Of a DNA stretch of 64,000 nucleotides, positions 23,301 to 35,490 are shown one piece after another (position 1 is the first letter of the stretch; every line of letters starts with the position of its first letter). Made by a program: the position numbers and the translations under genes. The notes under the pieces are model-generated. The model was not told the origin of the DNA, did no database searches, and saw only the letters and a program-made list of their open reading frames with translations. The DNA comes from Lama glama. Its lineage: Eukaryota. The DNA lies in the NCBI GenBank assembly GCA_028534125.1, contig CM052837.1, forward strand, positions 868,001 to 932,000. Direction: 5' to 3'.

Positions 23301-24539
23301 CCCACGTCCCCCTTCCCAGCCCCTCCCGCCGGCTCTGTGTCTACTGGTCTGTCTTAAACTAACTCTTAACAGATTTCACTTGGAGTGAAAGGAGACTTAA
23401 AAGGCCAAACTTCCTCTGCCTTCATTTTCTCTATGATTTGGGGTCAAAAAAGGCCATCTCTTTGAACGACACACTTTATACACAAAATAAACAGGAGGAG
23501 CCATGTCTCCCTCTGTGATCCTCCATCCACGCTCAGAAGGTCGCTGGTCTGGAAGCAGAGCAAGGGCCTGGAGGGCCGCCCGGGTTTCTCTGCAGGTCCT
23601 GGCCCTGGCACCTGCTGCGGGGGTGGGGGGGACACACCGCTCACCGAGCCTTTGTTTATTTCTTCTGGTCTGTTTGCTCGTCTGTCGAGCTAACACCCGA
23701 GTGGGTTCCAGACAACGTGACTCCAAATTTTGAAATAACAAATGAATCCTCTTTCTCGAGAAGAATACATGTCCTCTGCGAACACCACTCAGCACGTAGC
23801 AAAAGTTAACAGTGTTTCATTCCAGCCACAGACCAGTAAGCCTCAAATCCAGGCTCTGGGAGCAGCAGGGCTGCTCCGGGCATCTGGTCTCTTCTGCGCG
23901 ATGAGAAAAGTCTCTTAAAGGCAGGCCCTGACGCTGCCACGCACACCGGTCTCACTTCAGACCTGGCGTCTGCCGCGCCCGGAGTTTTGCCGAGGCTGCT
24001 TTTACTTACAAATTCAAATGACAGGAAAGGTGGTTTCCACAGTAAAGACGCTCCCCTGGAAGTACAGGACTAAAGACCCGGGGCAGGTCTGCCTGTGGCC
24101 GTCGCGCAGGAGGAGACGCAGGCGGGTGCCTTGAAGGTGGAGGGGGGAGAAGGAACAGGGCACTGTGGGTTTGAAAAGTGAACCCTCGGCGTGGGGTTGG
24201 GGCGCGGCGGGGAGCAGACAGGGGAGACCCCGTCCTCAGGGTGTACGTGAATGTTTCCGTGGAGGCCAGTGAAACGGAGGGTGTGAACGATTTCTGCGCT
24301 GCCCTGGAGCCAGGTAGGGACATTGGTCCCAGGAAGGGTGCCTCCCCGATCGTAACAGCTGAGCGCAGGGCTGCGACAAGCAACCAGCGCTGGAGGCATG
24401 CAGAGTACAAGCCCGTACACTCATCCGTCTTTTGTTACCGCTGAAATAGTGACGTCCGAGGCGGTCACATTCACCTGTTCCACAAAAAATACTGGCCACA
24501 ACTTGGAAACCTCTGTTTTCTACATAACATGCAAAAGCA

Positions 24540-25140
24540 GGGGTCTAAAGTCAGCTATACTGGGGTGCAAGTCACACAAGGAAATGAGCCCACTTTACGT
24601 GCATGGTCTGAGGGCTTCTGACCAACGCGAACCCCGACGTGACCACCAGCCAGTCATGACGCAGAGCGTTCCCGTTCAGGGAGTCCCTCAAGTCCTTAGT
24701 AGCCAGTCCCCGCTCGCCGCTCACACAGCCCCCGAGCTTCCTCCTTTACTGCACATTAGTGTCACCTACCGCAGAACTTCAGAGGCAGGGGACCCTGCGG
24801 GGCCCACCCTGCTGTGTCTGGCTTACTTTGTACACGGTGGTTTTGAAATGTGTCATTGTGCACACATCAAAGTCTTTAGTTGAGGAGTGTCCCACTGTGC
24901 GGATAAGTGGCAGCCTTTATCCAAGCCCGGCTGATGACTAGCTGGGCGTTTTCTGGTCCAGGCTCTATAAATAAACCTCTCGTGAGTAACTTGTGGCCAA
25001 GTCGTGAGGGTCATGGTTTCGCTGTCCTTGAGCAAAAGTCCAAGAGTGGAATTGCTAGGTCATGTGCGTGTGTTTAACTTTCTAAGAGACTGGCCAGCTG
25101 ACTTCGACGAAGTGGCACCACTGACGTTCCCATCACTGTG
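24540..25140 (-). mobile_element. Old L1M fragment (ORF2 end/3' UTR), antisense
   Basis: gagtgtcccactgtgcggata...ggctctataaataaacct...aagagtggaattgctaggtcat...tgtgtttaactttctaagagactggcca matches the reverse L1M consensus. Confidence 0.75.
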
Positions 25141-25362
25141 AGTGAGTCCGGTGGAGAAGTAGCCGCTGACGACCGGGTAGAACCACGCCTCCTCCAGTGC
25201 ACACGAGCGCATCGCTGTGACCAGGACGGAGTGGGGAAGGCCCAGTGGGGCCCATGAAGGTGCAGGCATGGGACCTGCCCTCCGATACCAGGAGGAGGGG
25301 CGGCGGGGCTCAGGGGCACAATCTCTGGGGACGGCAGAGAGCTTTTGAGCAGTTCTTGTCAG

Positions 25363-25560
25363 TGCGTGTGTGTGTGTGTGCGCGCATGTGTGTGCATGTG
25401 TGCGTAGGAGGGGCCCCTTGACCATCGACTTGACCTTCATCTGGGCACCCCCTCCCGGTTTCCTTCCCTTCCCCTCCTGCCCTTCCCCCGTCTCTGTTTA
25501 CCCTCCTCCCTCCTCCCCATCGCCTCCCTCCCCTCTCCCTCCCCCTCCCTCCTTCCCCAC
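25363..25560. repeat. (TG)n-like repeat followed by a polypyrimidine (CCT/CCCT) tract
   Basis: gtgtgtgt run at about 25363-25403; C/T-only-rich tract at about 25447-25560. Confidence 0.7.
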
Positions 25561-26208
25561 AGTTGAATTCTATAGACCAATTTCAACCACAAGAGAGGAC
25601 CAACATCCCAGTCAACGGGGATGAACCCGAAATAAAGCCCCAGCAAATGGAACCCGGGCAGCAGCGAGTGGTGAGCTCCGGCTGTGGGCACCTGGGACTC
25701 GGGCGAGGGTGTGCAGGCTGCCCTGGGAAGAGCGTCCCCGCGGATCAAGCTCCCGCGAGCGCCTGTGGGCCCCGGGCCAGCCCGGCGGGTCTCCTCCTCG
25801 CACCGCCCAGCCCTTCACGCCTCCCATGGGGGCCGGGCTGTAAAGGAGAGGGGGCCAGTCTTCTCTCCTTCAGCGGCTGTAAAGTCAGCACATCCTTCGG
25901 GGGGAGGCTGGACGAGGCTTTTCGTGGGGCGTTACCTCTGCCTCCTCTTACTGAACGTAACCAGGAGTGGCTGAGACCTGGACCCGCTCCCTCAGTTCCC
26001 GCCGAGGACGCGGGAGCTCGCGGTGACGCTGCTGCGGCCGCCTGCTTGTTCTCTGTTAGAAACGTGCTTGTGTTGAGAGGTAGACGCAGTTCTGCATAAA
26101 TTGATTTTTTTGTGAGTGAATTCTGTTTGAAAGATTTACTAGCATTTCCATCGATTTAGTGAGCAGATAGCAGGTCACCAGGAGGAATCCCTGCTAAAAT
26201 GTGATGGC

Positions 26209-26500
26209 TTATTTACAAAAGAGAGACAGACTCACAAACATTGAAAACAAACTTACAGTTACGGGTTGGGGGGGAAGTGGGTGGAGGGATATATTGGAAG
26301 TTCGGGATTCGCAGATACAAACCACTGTGTATAAAATGGATAAACAGCAGGGCCCTGCTGTGCAGCCCAGGGGCTTGTATTCAATACCCTGTAATGGCCT
26401 ATAATGAAAAGAAAAGGGAGGGGGATCTATGTGCGCAACCAATCACTGGGCTGGGCCTGTGTGAAACTAACACAACATTGTAAACCAACTGTTCCTCAAA
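26209..26500 (+). mobile_element. L1 3' end, artiodactyl/camelid-type (younger L1)
   Basis: ttatttacaaaagagagacagactcacaaacattgaaaacaaactta...gcagatacaaaccactgtgtataaaatggataaacagcagggccctgctgtgcagc...tattcaatacc...gaaactaacacaacattgtaaaccaact. Confidence 0.85.
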
Positions 26501-27387
26501 ACAATCGGCACTTCTACTCATGGGCTCTTGCCGTAAGTCAGGGAGCCCTGGCCTCAGGTTTTTCCGTGTAGAACAGGAGGACATTAGAATTGCGCGTGCA
26601 GAGGGAGCTTCCCTGAGTGTGTCTGTGGTGCTGTGCATGCGTGTGGTAGGGAGAGGAGCAGCCAGGGCTCTTCGTGTTAAGATGTAATTTCCAAATGTGC
26701 TTAGTCAGTGGCTAGACCCCTCCCGGATCAGCGTCGTCCAGTCCCGAATGATGACTGTTGCGCAGGTGCCTGGGCCATCGGCCTCACAGCAGAGCCCTTT
26801 ACCCATGTAAGCCCCGTTCTTACCAAACGCACAGGCTGAGAAGCAGGTGGACTGGAGACTGACCGCCAGCTGCCACCCCCGCCTCCGGGCTCAGCGAGAT
26901 TCCCGCAGCCCAGCAACGAGCGATTGGGCTGCCTACCCGACCACTCAGATCAGCTGAGAAAGGTTTGCTGACCAAGTGGTGATAAACGCTCCAATGATAA
27001 TTACAGACCACTGTCTACACGTCGCACCAACTGGAGGTGTTTAATCCCGCACCAGGTGTCACCTGCACAGCTAAAAAGATGCAGGGTGCCAAGGGGGAGG
27101 TGGAGACACCACACCGCTCGGGGACGGAAGGCAAAGTCTGCAAGCCTGACTCAGGCCTGGGTCTCAGCAGTGGGGCCCTGGACCCACTGCCCGCCAGCCC
27201 CTCCGGTGTCCACGGCCCCAGGGCAGAGTGCCAAGGGCAGGAGGGCGGTGCCTCCCCCCGCCTGGGCACCCTGGGCCAGTGTCGCCTCTGGTGCAGGGGA
27301 GATGCAGAAACTGGGCCATCAAGGTGTCTTCGAGGAGGGACACAGAAGTTGTGCCGTGTATTTTGAGCTATTATGAAACACATCAAG

Positions 27388-27520
27388 GGCAGGAGGGCAG
27401 AGCACATGCTTAGCATGCACGAGGCCCTGGGTTCCATCCCTAGTGCCTCCATTTTAAAAAATTAATTAAAAAATTATTTTAATTAAATTTTTTAATTTTT
27501 TAAAAATTTTTAAGAAAGAA
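27388..27520 (+). mobile_element. tRNA-derived SINE (Vic-1-like) with an internal deletion and AT-rich tail
   Basis: ggcaggagggcagagcacatgcttagcatgcacgaggccctgggttccatccctagtgcctcc plus A/T tail. The A-box segment is missing relative to the other two copies. Confidence 0.8.
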
Positions 27521-27562
27521 AATAAACATATTAGAACAAGTCAACGACAATGTATTTCAGAG

Positions 27563-27568
27563 TTTATT
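27563..27568 (-). terminator. Probable CD93 polyadenylation signal AATAAA (3' UTR about 4.1 kb)
   Basis: TTTATT on +. Minus context is ctAATAAActctgaaatacattg followed by a GU/U-rich stretch, and the distance fits the long CD93 3' UTR. An alternative AATAAA lies at 28114-28119. Confidence 0.5.
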
Positions 27569-30500
27569 AGTATAGGCGCGTAACAAAGCACAAAGGATGA
27601 CAAGCCACTCCCCTGTGAGGCGGACCCGGGAGCCACCCAGCTTCTTAGAGGCCTGAGGGCCCTGTGGCGCAGCCCCACCCCACCCCGACCCCGGGGGGGG
27701 GGCACCCAGCAAGCCCGCGACCCCAGCATCAGGGGACAAGCCTCAAACACACACACTCAGAGAGGCTGGCGTTCGGACTTAGCGCCCACGCTCCGGAGCA
27801 GTTGCTGGCCTCTGCAGTCGCACCCAGCGTCCCGGAGCGAGGCCTGGCCTCCGTCTAACTCAGGCTTGAGCGAAATAGGCAAAAACAGCGTCAGCCCAGG
27901 AGGCCGGTGGCAAATCTGCTGAAAGGAAGCGCTGGCCACCTTGCAGATAAGAGGGACAATGCGAGAAAGGACTTTCAGAGTTTCCTCCTAAAACACATGG
28001 GCTTTATCTCCAAGAACAGACCGAAACACGCTCGCTCTCCAACGAGCACTTCGGTGTGTGTCAGTCACGGGGCTCGGGTGCATTTAGGTGCTGGACTCTG
28101 CGGAGAGTCCCTCTTTATTTTGGTGGACAGACTCCACAGATCACACAGATGTGAGGTGCAGCTTTCACAGCCCGAGAAGACAGATGTTTTCAGGGATTAA
28201 ATCTCAGATTCCCAAGCGAGCCCTATTGTTTCAGCGACGGAACACGTAGGGGACGTTACAGCGTTTTGCAGCTGCTAGAAATCAGAGCCTTCCTGTTTTC
28301 CTGAATCAGACAATGGAGAAGCCAAGAAGAAAAATAAAAGGAAAAGGTTTTCCTGTATTTTCTTTAAAGAAAAAAAACTGTGTTATTTTGAATTTAGTGC
28401 CTTTTTTCCCTCAGATCTCACATCTGCTCTCTCAGTTTTCACAGACGCACACACGGGAGACAGAGTCGGAATAAAAGCAGCCAAGGATCCAATCCACATC
28501 CTCCAGAGCCTGACAGGTGGTGAATCCGGGCCCCACCACGGCCTCAACCGAGGCCTCGTGATCAGAAAGGAAGACGCGGAGCCCCATGTCCGGCTCCGGT
28601 CCTCCCGCACCACGGACCCAGCACGCGTGCGTGCGTGTCTGACGCTTTATTCCACTTTCTGCCTGATCATGGGGAGGACGTCGGGCTGCTCGGGGGGCGC
28701 GGAGGCCTGAGACAGCCGGCCAGCAAGCCTTCCGGCCTCGGGTCAGAACCCCTCGAGCTCCCCACCCACGACACTGCTGGGGACGCGGCTCGTGGGCGTC
28801 CCAAGTGACACCGGCAAGGCTGCTTCTGCCTCGAGCCACCCTGTGAGCGGCCGTGGGTCACTGTGCAAAGGATTTGAGAGAACTGCCCCACCCCAGCCAT
28901 CTGCACTCATCTTCTCCGGGGGACTGCCCCCCAGCGTCAGCCTCTCCAAATGACCACCAGGAGACAGAGTGGTGGTCGCCCTCACGTTCAGGAACCGGCC
29001 TGTTTACGGAGATGCCCGCCCTTTAAGTACCCTGCCTCGGGAGGCGGGAGGCGGGGCGGGGCGTCTGTCCTGAACGTAGGGTTATTCAACTGTGGGAAAT
29101 TATGTTTGGACCAAAGTCTCCATTGTTTTGATCCTGTTCCCAAGGGGAGCCTCTTCTTGTCCCCAGCGCCTGGTTACTCGCCCCCTAGCTGGTCAGGGAC
29201 TGAGCAGCTCCCAGCCCACCCCGGCCCAGCCCCAGGTCACGGTCACGGCTGGACAGGGTCTGTGCCCGCAGAGCACCCTCTATGCTCTGTCCGTCTGAAC
29301 ATTTCTTGGGCCGTCACAGCCGAGCTGCCTGGGTGTCTGGACACGAGGACGGTTTGTCAAGGTCCACACAGCCCCTGGGCACCTGTTTGTCCCTGCCATG
29401 GCCCCTGAGTCCCCAGAGCAAGGATTCTGCCTCCGCAGGCGAGGGGCAGTGGTGTTGGAGGGGAGAAGACAGCGTCTGCTTGAGGCCAGCGGCTGTCGTC
29501 AGATTCGCTGCCTGAGGTCGTCCAGTCGGGGGATCCCGGCCGCTGCGGGGGGGTGGCCGCGAGGGCAGACAGACTCCCTCACTTGAGGAGGGGCTGGCTC
29601 TGACCCATGGGGTTTGGAGAAACTGTTGCTTATCCCTTGTGGGTGCCACAGCTGGGGCGGCCAGGCAGGGCTGCACCTTCCCACCCCAGGAGAATTCAAA
29701 CCCAGAACCAGAACGGGGCCGGGCTGTGGGGGAGTCCAACACAGAGATCAAGGGCACGTCAGCGACCTCGGTCCGTTCAAGGCCACGGGCACGGTGGGGG
29801 CTGGGGGCAGCAGGTTGGGACCGTCCCCCTCACCCCAGTGATACGGGTGAAGGCTGTAACGGCCCGGAGTGAAGCGTTTCGTGTCAGTGCAGACGCACAT
29901 CAGCCATAATCAGCCGAGCAGCGATGGCCAGCCCCCCCAGGGGTACTAACACCAGCGTCCGAGTGGGAACAGGAGGACACTAGGTGACTTTAAAAAATGG
30001 TGTCCCGAACCCCTGTGGGCCCCATTCAGTCTCCATCCTCCCTTCCCTCCCCCACCTTACTTTTCCATTTGCTGTTTAAAATAAAGTCGGAACCATAGCA
30101 GCTACATTTCAAAATTGGCCAAAGGGCGTCTGCTTGGCGCTGGAGGTGGTGCGCTGGGGCCCTGCCCACACGGCGGGAGGCGTTCCTGAGGCAGAGCCGG
30201 GTCCCGGGGGCGCCCTCATCCTGAGACACAGAGCTCAGCTCCCAGGAGGGAGACCGGCCCCTGCTCTCCTGCGCAGTGGTGGCAGCAGCAGAAGCGCCCA
30301 GGCCCCAGGCTTCTGCAGCTCAGGCAGCTCCTGAGGGCTCAGGCCTGCGGTGACCGGCTGCCTCCCAGGCACCCAAGCGGGACCAGCAGGGACCAAGCAC
30401 CACCGATGGCAACAGTGTTTGCTGCGGGAAATCTTTGCAAGTGAGCACTTTAAAGCCAGGCTCTGAATTCAAGTGGCTCTGAGCAGTGTCCACTGTTGCA

Positions 30501-31663
30501 CAAGACAGTCATTCTTTCCTTCTCACACCCTCCCTCCTCGCCATCTTTTTTAAGGGACAGAGGAAGGAGCCACACGTGTGGGAGGCAGCACTGGGTTAGC
30601 GCCTGCAGGGCCAGGCCTAGCCCTCGGGGGCCTCCTGCATGGTGAACTGTGCAGAGGTGCCTCTGACGGAGCTCTCAAAGCTCAGGCCAGCAGCCCTCAC
30701 ACACCCTTCAGAAACCACCAGGATGAGAGGCTCAGCGGGCACCCCCGCCGGGGCAGCCTGCAGGGAGGCCGGGCAGCTGCGAGGGGCGGGCGCTGTCCTG
30801 GCCCGAGCCCAGGGCTCCCTGACTCTGTCCTGGCTACTGTCCGTCCCATCAGTCAAGCGTGCGGTAGCATCCGTGCATTTATTTAGAGGCACTGATTCAA
30901 GTAGTTTGGAGACAAACCCTGCCCTCTCACTCCTGTTTCCAAAAGCCCTTTTAACTTACTGCCTGTGACTTTCCCCACGTTGTTCAGACTTTACCTGCAG
31001 ATAAACTGAAGACTCTCGGAACCTGAAGAGCTGGAAAGTGCAATTTCTAAACTTCCTGCCTCCTTGCCCGCTGCGTGTGCTCTGGTGTGCTCTGGTCGCT
31101 CTGGAGGATTTAGGTGGCTCCCAGCTCAGGAGAGCTGGGGATGCAAACGCCTGAATGGAAAGGGACGCCCCCAGTTCTGACCCTGCTCCCTCCCGCAGAA
31201 ACAGCATCTTACAGAATCAAACAATTTCTCGCCGTGGCCTCCGAAACACCACAAGGAACACATTCCAGCCCTGACTGGCTCTGGCTCAGGCCTCTTCCTA
31301 GACGACGTGCATGGGCAGAGAAGTTCCAAGGGGCCCCGTTAGCACCTGCCTTGTCAAGCCCCACCCAGACACGGGGCGGAATGAGCTCCGTAAGTTTGTG
31401 TTTGGACAGGGAGACGGGGGGGGGATGGTAAATACGCATGAAATTCCTGAAATATCGCCCCCCCACCGACTCCCGCTCCGGGAACACCACCCACCACGCG
31501 TGGGAAGCCTGCACCTTTTAAGTTGCTGGGTGTTCAACACAAGATTTACAAGGATTTGGTACGATTCCAGTCCAGTCTTTCAGGAGGACGGGGGTCCTGC
31601 TTCTGGCAGGCAGAGGGCTCTGAGGACGGCAGTTGCTGTCAGCGTCTCGGGGCCTCCTCACCT

Positions 31664-31688
31664 TCAGCAGTCTGTCCCCGGCGTCGGA
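31664..31688 (-). CDS. CD93: CD93 exon 2 coding part (S-PTPGTDC-stop)
   Basis: Acceptor tgttttcccCAG, then T CCG ACG CCG GGG ACA GAC TGC TGA. This restores the conserved CD93 C-terminus YSPTPGTDC. Confidence 0.95.
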
Positions 31689-31915
31689 CTGGGGAAAACA
31701 AAAGAGACACGTTGGAAGCTACAGCTCTGGCTGCACTGTCTAGGCCCGGGGGCGATCCCCGTGCACTGCGCCACGGGCAGGGCGGAGGGGGGACCCCGGG
31801 GTTGGGGATGCCTTCCAGCGTGGGCAGCGCCTGCCCCTCGCCCTCTGCCCGCTCTGTGCCGTGGTCGCCGCCCTCCACCGCCCTCTTGGCCCCTTGGCCG
31901 CCCGGGCCCCCTCAC
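31689..31915 (-). other. CD93 intron (227 bp, GT-AG, phase 2)
   Basis: Donor TACAG|GTGAG at 31916/31915; polypyrimidine tract and CAG acceptor at 31691-31689. Confidence 0.93.
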
Positions 31916-33840
31916 CTGTAGGGGTTCTCCGTAGCCCTGCTCTTGGCGCGCTCGGGGACCCAGGAGTAGCCGTCAGCCGCGCTCTGGGGCTTCTTCTCCT
32001 CCTCCTCCCTCCCGGCCCTGCGCTTGCGACAGACCAGCAGCCCCAGAGCCAGAGCCAGCAGAAGCAGGATGGCCACCACGGTGCCCAGGATGTAGAACAG
32101 CAGCAGCCTCTGCCCGTCTGCGCCCTCGTCGCTCTGTTCGGCCTTGAAGTCCTCCCCTGCCAGCTCCCCGGGGGCGGCGGTGGCCGTGGGCTGACGGGTG
32201 CTGGGCTCCGTCCCAATGCCAGGGGTCCCGCTGGGGGCCAGCATCTCAGGTGGGGCCAGGGAGGCAGGGACGGGGGTGCTGGGGGGGAAGGAGGCTCCCC
32301 TGGAGGTGGGTGCCACCTTGGAGGTGCCCTCAGTATCCCTGGTGGGACTGGGTGTGGTGGCGGACAGCACAAGCGTCCCCTCTTCATTGCCCACGTGCCC
32401 CCTCTGGGGAGGCCTGGCCGGTGGGCCAGGGGACGTGGGGCCCCCGGTGCAGGAGACCCCGTCGGGGGCCAGCTCCCAGCCCGGCAGGCAGCCACAGCGG
32501 AAGGACCCCTCCGTGTTGAAGCACAGGCCGCTGCAGGGGCTGCCCTCCTGGCCGCCACACTCGTCCACGTCCAGGCACTGGGTGCTGTCCTCCCCGGCCA
32601 GGATGTAGCCGTCCTCGCAGGAGCAGTAGAAGGAGCCTCCAGTGTTGGTGCAACTCTGGGTGCAGGGCGAGCGGCCGGGGGCGCACTCGTCCACATCCCA
32701 ACAGGGCCCCTCTCCCAGGCCGCTGGGCTCGTAGCCCACCCAGCACTCGCAGCGGAAGCTCCCGGGGGTGTTGACACACTCCTGGGCGCAGGGGGCATCC
32801 TGGCACTCGTCCACGTCCACGCAGTTCTGCTGAGTGGGGTCCAGCTGGTAGCCCTGGGGGCAGTGGCACCTGAAGTCCTTCCCGAGGGGCCCAGGGACAC
32901 AGGTGGCCCCCCCCTGACATGGGCTGGAGCTGCAGGGGTCCCGGGAGGCACAGGTGACCAGGTCGTCCCGCAGCCGGAACCCCGGCCGGCAGCCGCAGCG
33001 GAAGGAGCCGTCCCCGCCCTCGAAGCACTCCTGCTGGCAGCCCCCGTTGTTGAAGCTGCAGCCAAGCCGGGCGCTGATGCAGAGGGGCCCCGAGGTATCC
33101 CAGTCGAACACGTCAGGGGCCTTCTCCTTGCACAGGAAGTAGCTCTGGAAGCTCGCGGCCCCGGCCCCGGCCCCACAGGCCACGCTGGCCACAGAGGCGA
33201 AGGGCACGGCCTGCAGGGAGGAGCTGCTGGCCTGGAAGGGGGTGCTGTAGTTCACCTGGCCGGGGCCCCCCAGGGTCAGGGGCCGGCACATCCCCTTGAA
33301 GCTGAACTTGCAGACAAAGCCCTCGATGCCGCTCCCAGGAGACCTGGAGCTCCCGCAGGGGCCCTCGGCCCACCTTGGGAGGCTGCCGAGGGCGGGCAGC
33401 GACAGCTCCAGCAGCAGGGACACGCAGCGCTTGGAGATGCAGGAGTTCCTGGCCCCCTTGTACCAGTTGGTGTAGAGCGTGTCCTCCCCGCCGCCCACCC
33501 AGCTGAAGCCCTTCAGCGTCCGGTTGCTGTCCAGGCACTTGCCCTTGTCTCGCTGGAGCCCGATCCAGAACCGGCCCATGCGCCCCGCCGGGGGCACCGC
33601 CGTCTGCAGGAGCCGGGCCAGGGCGCTCTGGATGTGCCGGGCCTCCTCCTCGGTCTTCACCGTGGCCAGGTTGCCCCCCTTCTTGCTGCAGCGCTGCTGG
33701 GCGTCGTCCGCACTCAGCTTGCCCCAGTGGGCGGTGTAGCAGGCCGCCCCCGCGCAGACCACGGCCTCCTGCCCCTCGGCGGCCCCCGCCCGGGGCAGGG
33801 CCAGCAGCGACAGCAGCAGCAGGCCCAACGACGTGGCCAT
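31916..33840 (-). CDS. CD93: CD93 (C1qRp) exon 1: signal peptide, C-type lectin, sushi-like domain, 5 EGF repeats, mucin-like region, TM, most of the tail; spliced protein 649 aa
   Basis: True ATG at 33840 (MATSLGLLLL, strong Kozak acgATGG); CYTAHWGKLSA; FWIGLQR; calcium-binding EGFs (DVDEC); TM LLLFYILGTVVAILLLLALALGLLV; tail RKRR...YSWVPERA. Confidence 0.97.
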
Positions 33841-34260
33841 CGTGGGCTCCGGGTCCCCTGGGCGGGAGGCTGGCAGCCCCAGCTGAGCTGCAAGGGGAGC
33901 CCGGGGCTGCGACGTGGACGCTCTGTTGCCGAGAAGGACACAAAGGCTGAGGGCTTTCAAGGCCCCCTGACCCAGGGCGCATCCTGTCTTACTTCTCACC
34001 GGATACCCCGGCTTCCTGCGCTGAATTGTTTCTGACTCCTGTCACCCCCATCACGGTTTTGTTGTTCATAAAAGGAGCCAGGCCACGTCGCTGGGCCGCA
34101 GATAAGGAAAGGCGGTGGTGTGAGGGGAGACGTCTGCTTACGGCCCGGAGACACCAGCTGCTGCGTTCTGGCTCGGTGCTCGCTCCCATCTGCGGGAGGG
34201 CGCGCTGTGGAGCGAGGAGAGACTCTGTGGGGCTCAGGGCTTGAGGAAGCTCACTTTGTA
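33841..34260 (-). promoter_or_regulatory. CD93 5' UTR and TATA-less proximal promoter with an ETS/PU.1-type CAGGAAG site (about 34013-34019)
   Basis: Minus strand aaagccctcagcctttgtgtccttctc at about 33957 matches the 5' end of the human CD93 mRNA as I recall it. GGAA motifs lie upstream. Confidence 0.6.
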
Positions 34261-34824
34261 ACCCAAATACAGCTCCACTCTGGTTTGCAAACACCCAGAA
34301 GAAGAAAAAAAATTCCTCCGACTTGAGACATGAGGCCATGGATGGTTATAATTTTCAGCCTTTTTTAGAAGCAAACTGCATTTCCTTTCGCCTCTCTCAT
34401 GTTCCCTTTGGCTTTGAAAGTCTTTTTTCTCTGATTCCCCCATCGTGAACTTTAAATAGATAGGCACTTCTTAAATAGGAACCAGGCCGTGGGAACGTCT
34501 GTGTTTCTTACACAATGCCAAGCTCCTCGAGGACATTCATCCAACGGGGTAAAATGTGGCAGTTTTCAGGGTTTTGTACTGCAAACACTGTGTTGTGGTG
34601 TGACCATGTCACAAAAAGTCTCAGAAAGGAAAAATGGAGACCTTTCTGGCCCCCCGGCCCCAGGCTCGCAGCTTGTATCTCTCTGCCTGGGGTTACAGGG
34701 AGGGCGGGCGGTCTGGCCCAGAACCAGCCCGGGCCACACATCCCTCCTTCCGCACAGCCTCTTACAAAGGCCCTTGGACCCAGCGGTTCTTTCCTGCGAT
34801 GACAGATGTGTTTTGCTCCTCAGG

Positions 34825-35050
34825 GCTGTCACTGGTTGGGGTCCCAGAGAAGTAGACCCAAGACAAGGATCTGAGACAAGCAGTGCATTTAGGAGGGGAA
34901 GTGAGGCAGGGATGAGGAGGGGCCAGCGTGACAATGAACCAGCAGATGGGCTGTGGCTCCGGACCTCTGTTCCCTGGTGGGGAGGCCCTAGGAGACGGTG
35001 TGGACCACGCGTCAGATTCTCCCCGAGGCGGGGGCTGGGCTCTCCTCCTC
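34825..35050. mobile_element. Old ERVL LTR (LTR33/LTR16-like) fragment
   Basis: gggtcccagagaagtagacccaagacaaggatctgagacaagcagtgcatttaggagg resembles LTR33-type termini. Confidence 0.45.
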
Positions 35051-35404
35051 CTGCTCCCCTCCCCCCGCGGAGGCAGCTCCTTATCAGTCTGGCTGGTGGG
35101 GAGGACCCAGGGTCCCGGGGGATGCTCAGGTGGAGGGTGGCAGGAACTGCCGTGTGGGGCGTGTGCGGCACCAGTGTCTGCCACACTGGCTCCCCTCAGA
35201 GATTTGAGTTAGCGTGTTGTGGGGCTGAGGAGCTCCCTGGCTTTCAGCCCCCACAAGGGATAAAGTAGCCACCCCCAGGCTCCATCAGAGACCCTCAGAG
35301 GGAGCGCCTCATGCCTTTCTGTGTTAATCAGAAGTTTGCAATAGCCCAGAGATGCTTCCTTAGAACCCATAGGATTTTTCCTGTGCTCTTTAGTGCCCGT
35401 CGAG

Positions 35405-35490
35405 ATCCATCCATCCATCCACTCATCCATCCATCCATCTACCCCACCACCCACCTACCTACCCATGCATCCATCCATCCACCCATCCAT
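35405..35490. repeat. Imperfect (TCCA)n tetranucleotide repeat, probably the tail of an antisense L2
   Basis: atccatccatcc..., followed by the L2-like tgttaactaaggccttattatgtgctgggc. Confidence 0.8.

Noticed and set aside
33841-33999. 53-aa N-terminal extension of CD93 in the 695-aa ORF, and its ENPYR* end
   Set aside because: The extension begins at GTG upstream of the probable TSS, while the signal peptide starts at ATG 33840. The ORF end is read-through into the intron; the spliced end is YSPTPGTDC.
31861-34035. 724-aa + strand ORF antisense to CD93, plus the 478-aa and 289-aa alternative-frame ORFs
   Set aside because: Same GC3 artefact with no recognisable homology. The ATG of the 289-aa ORF (33982) lies upstream of the probable TSS.
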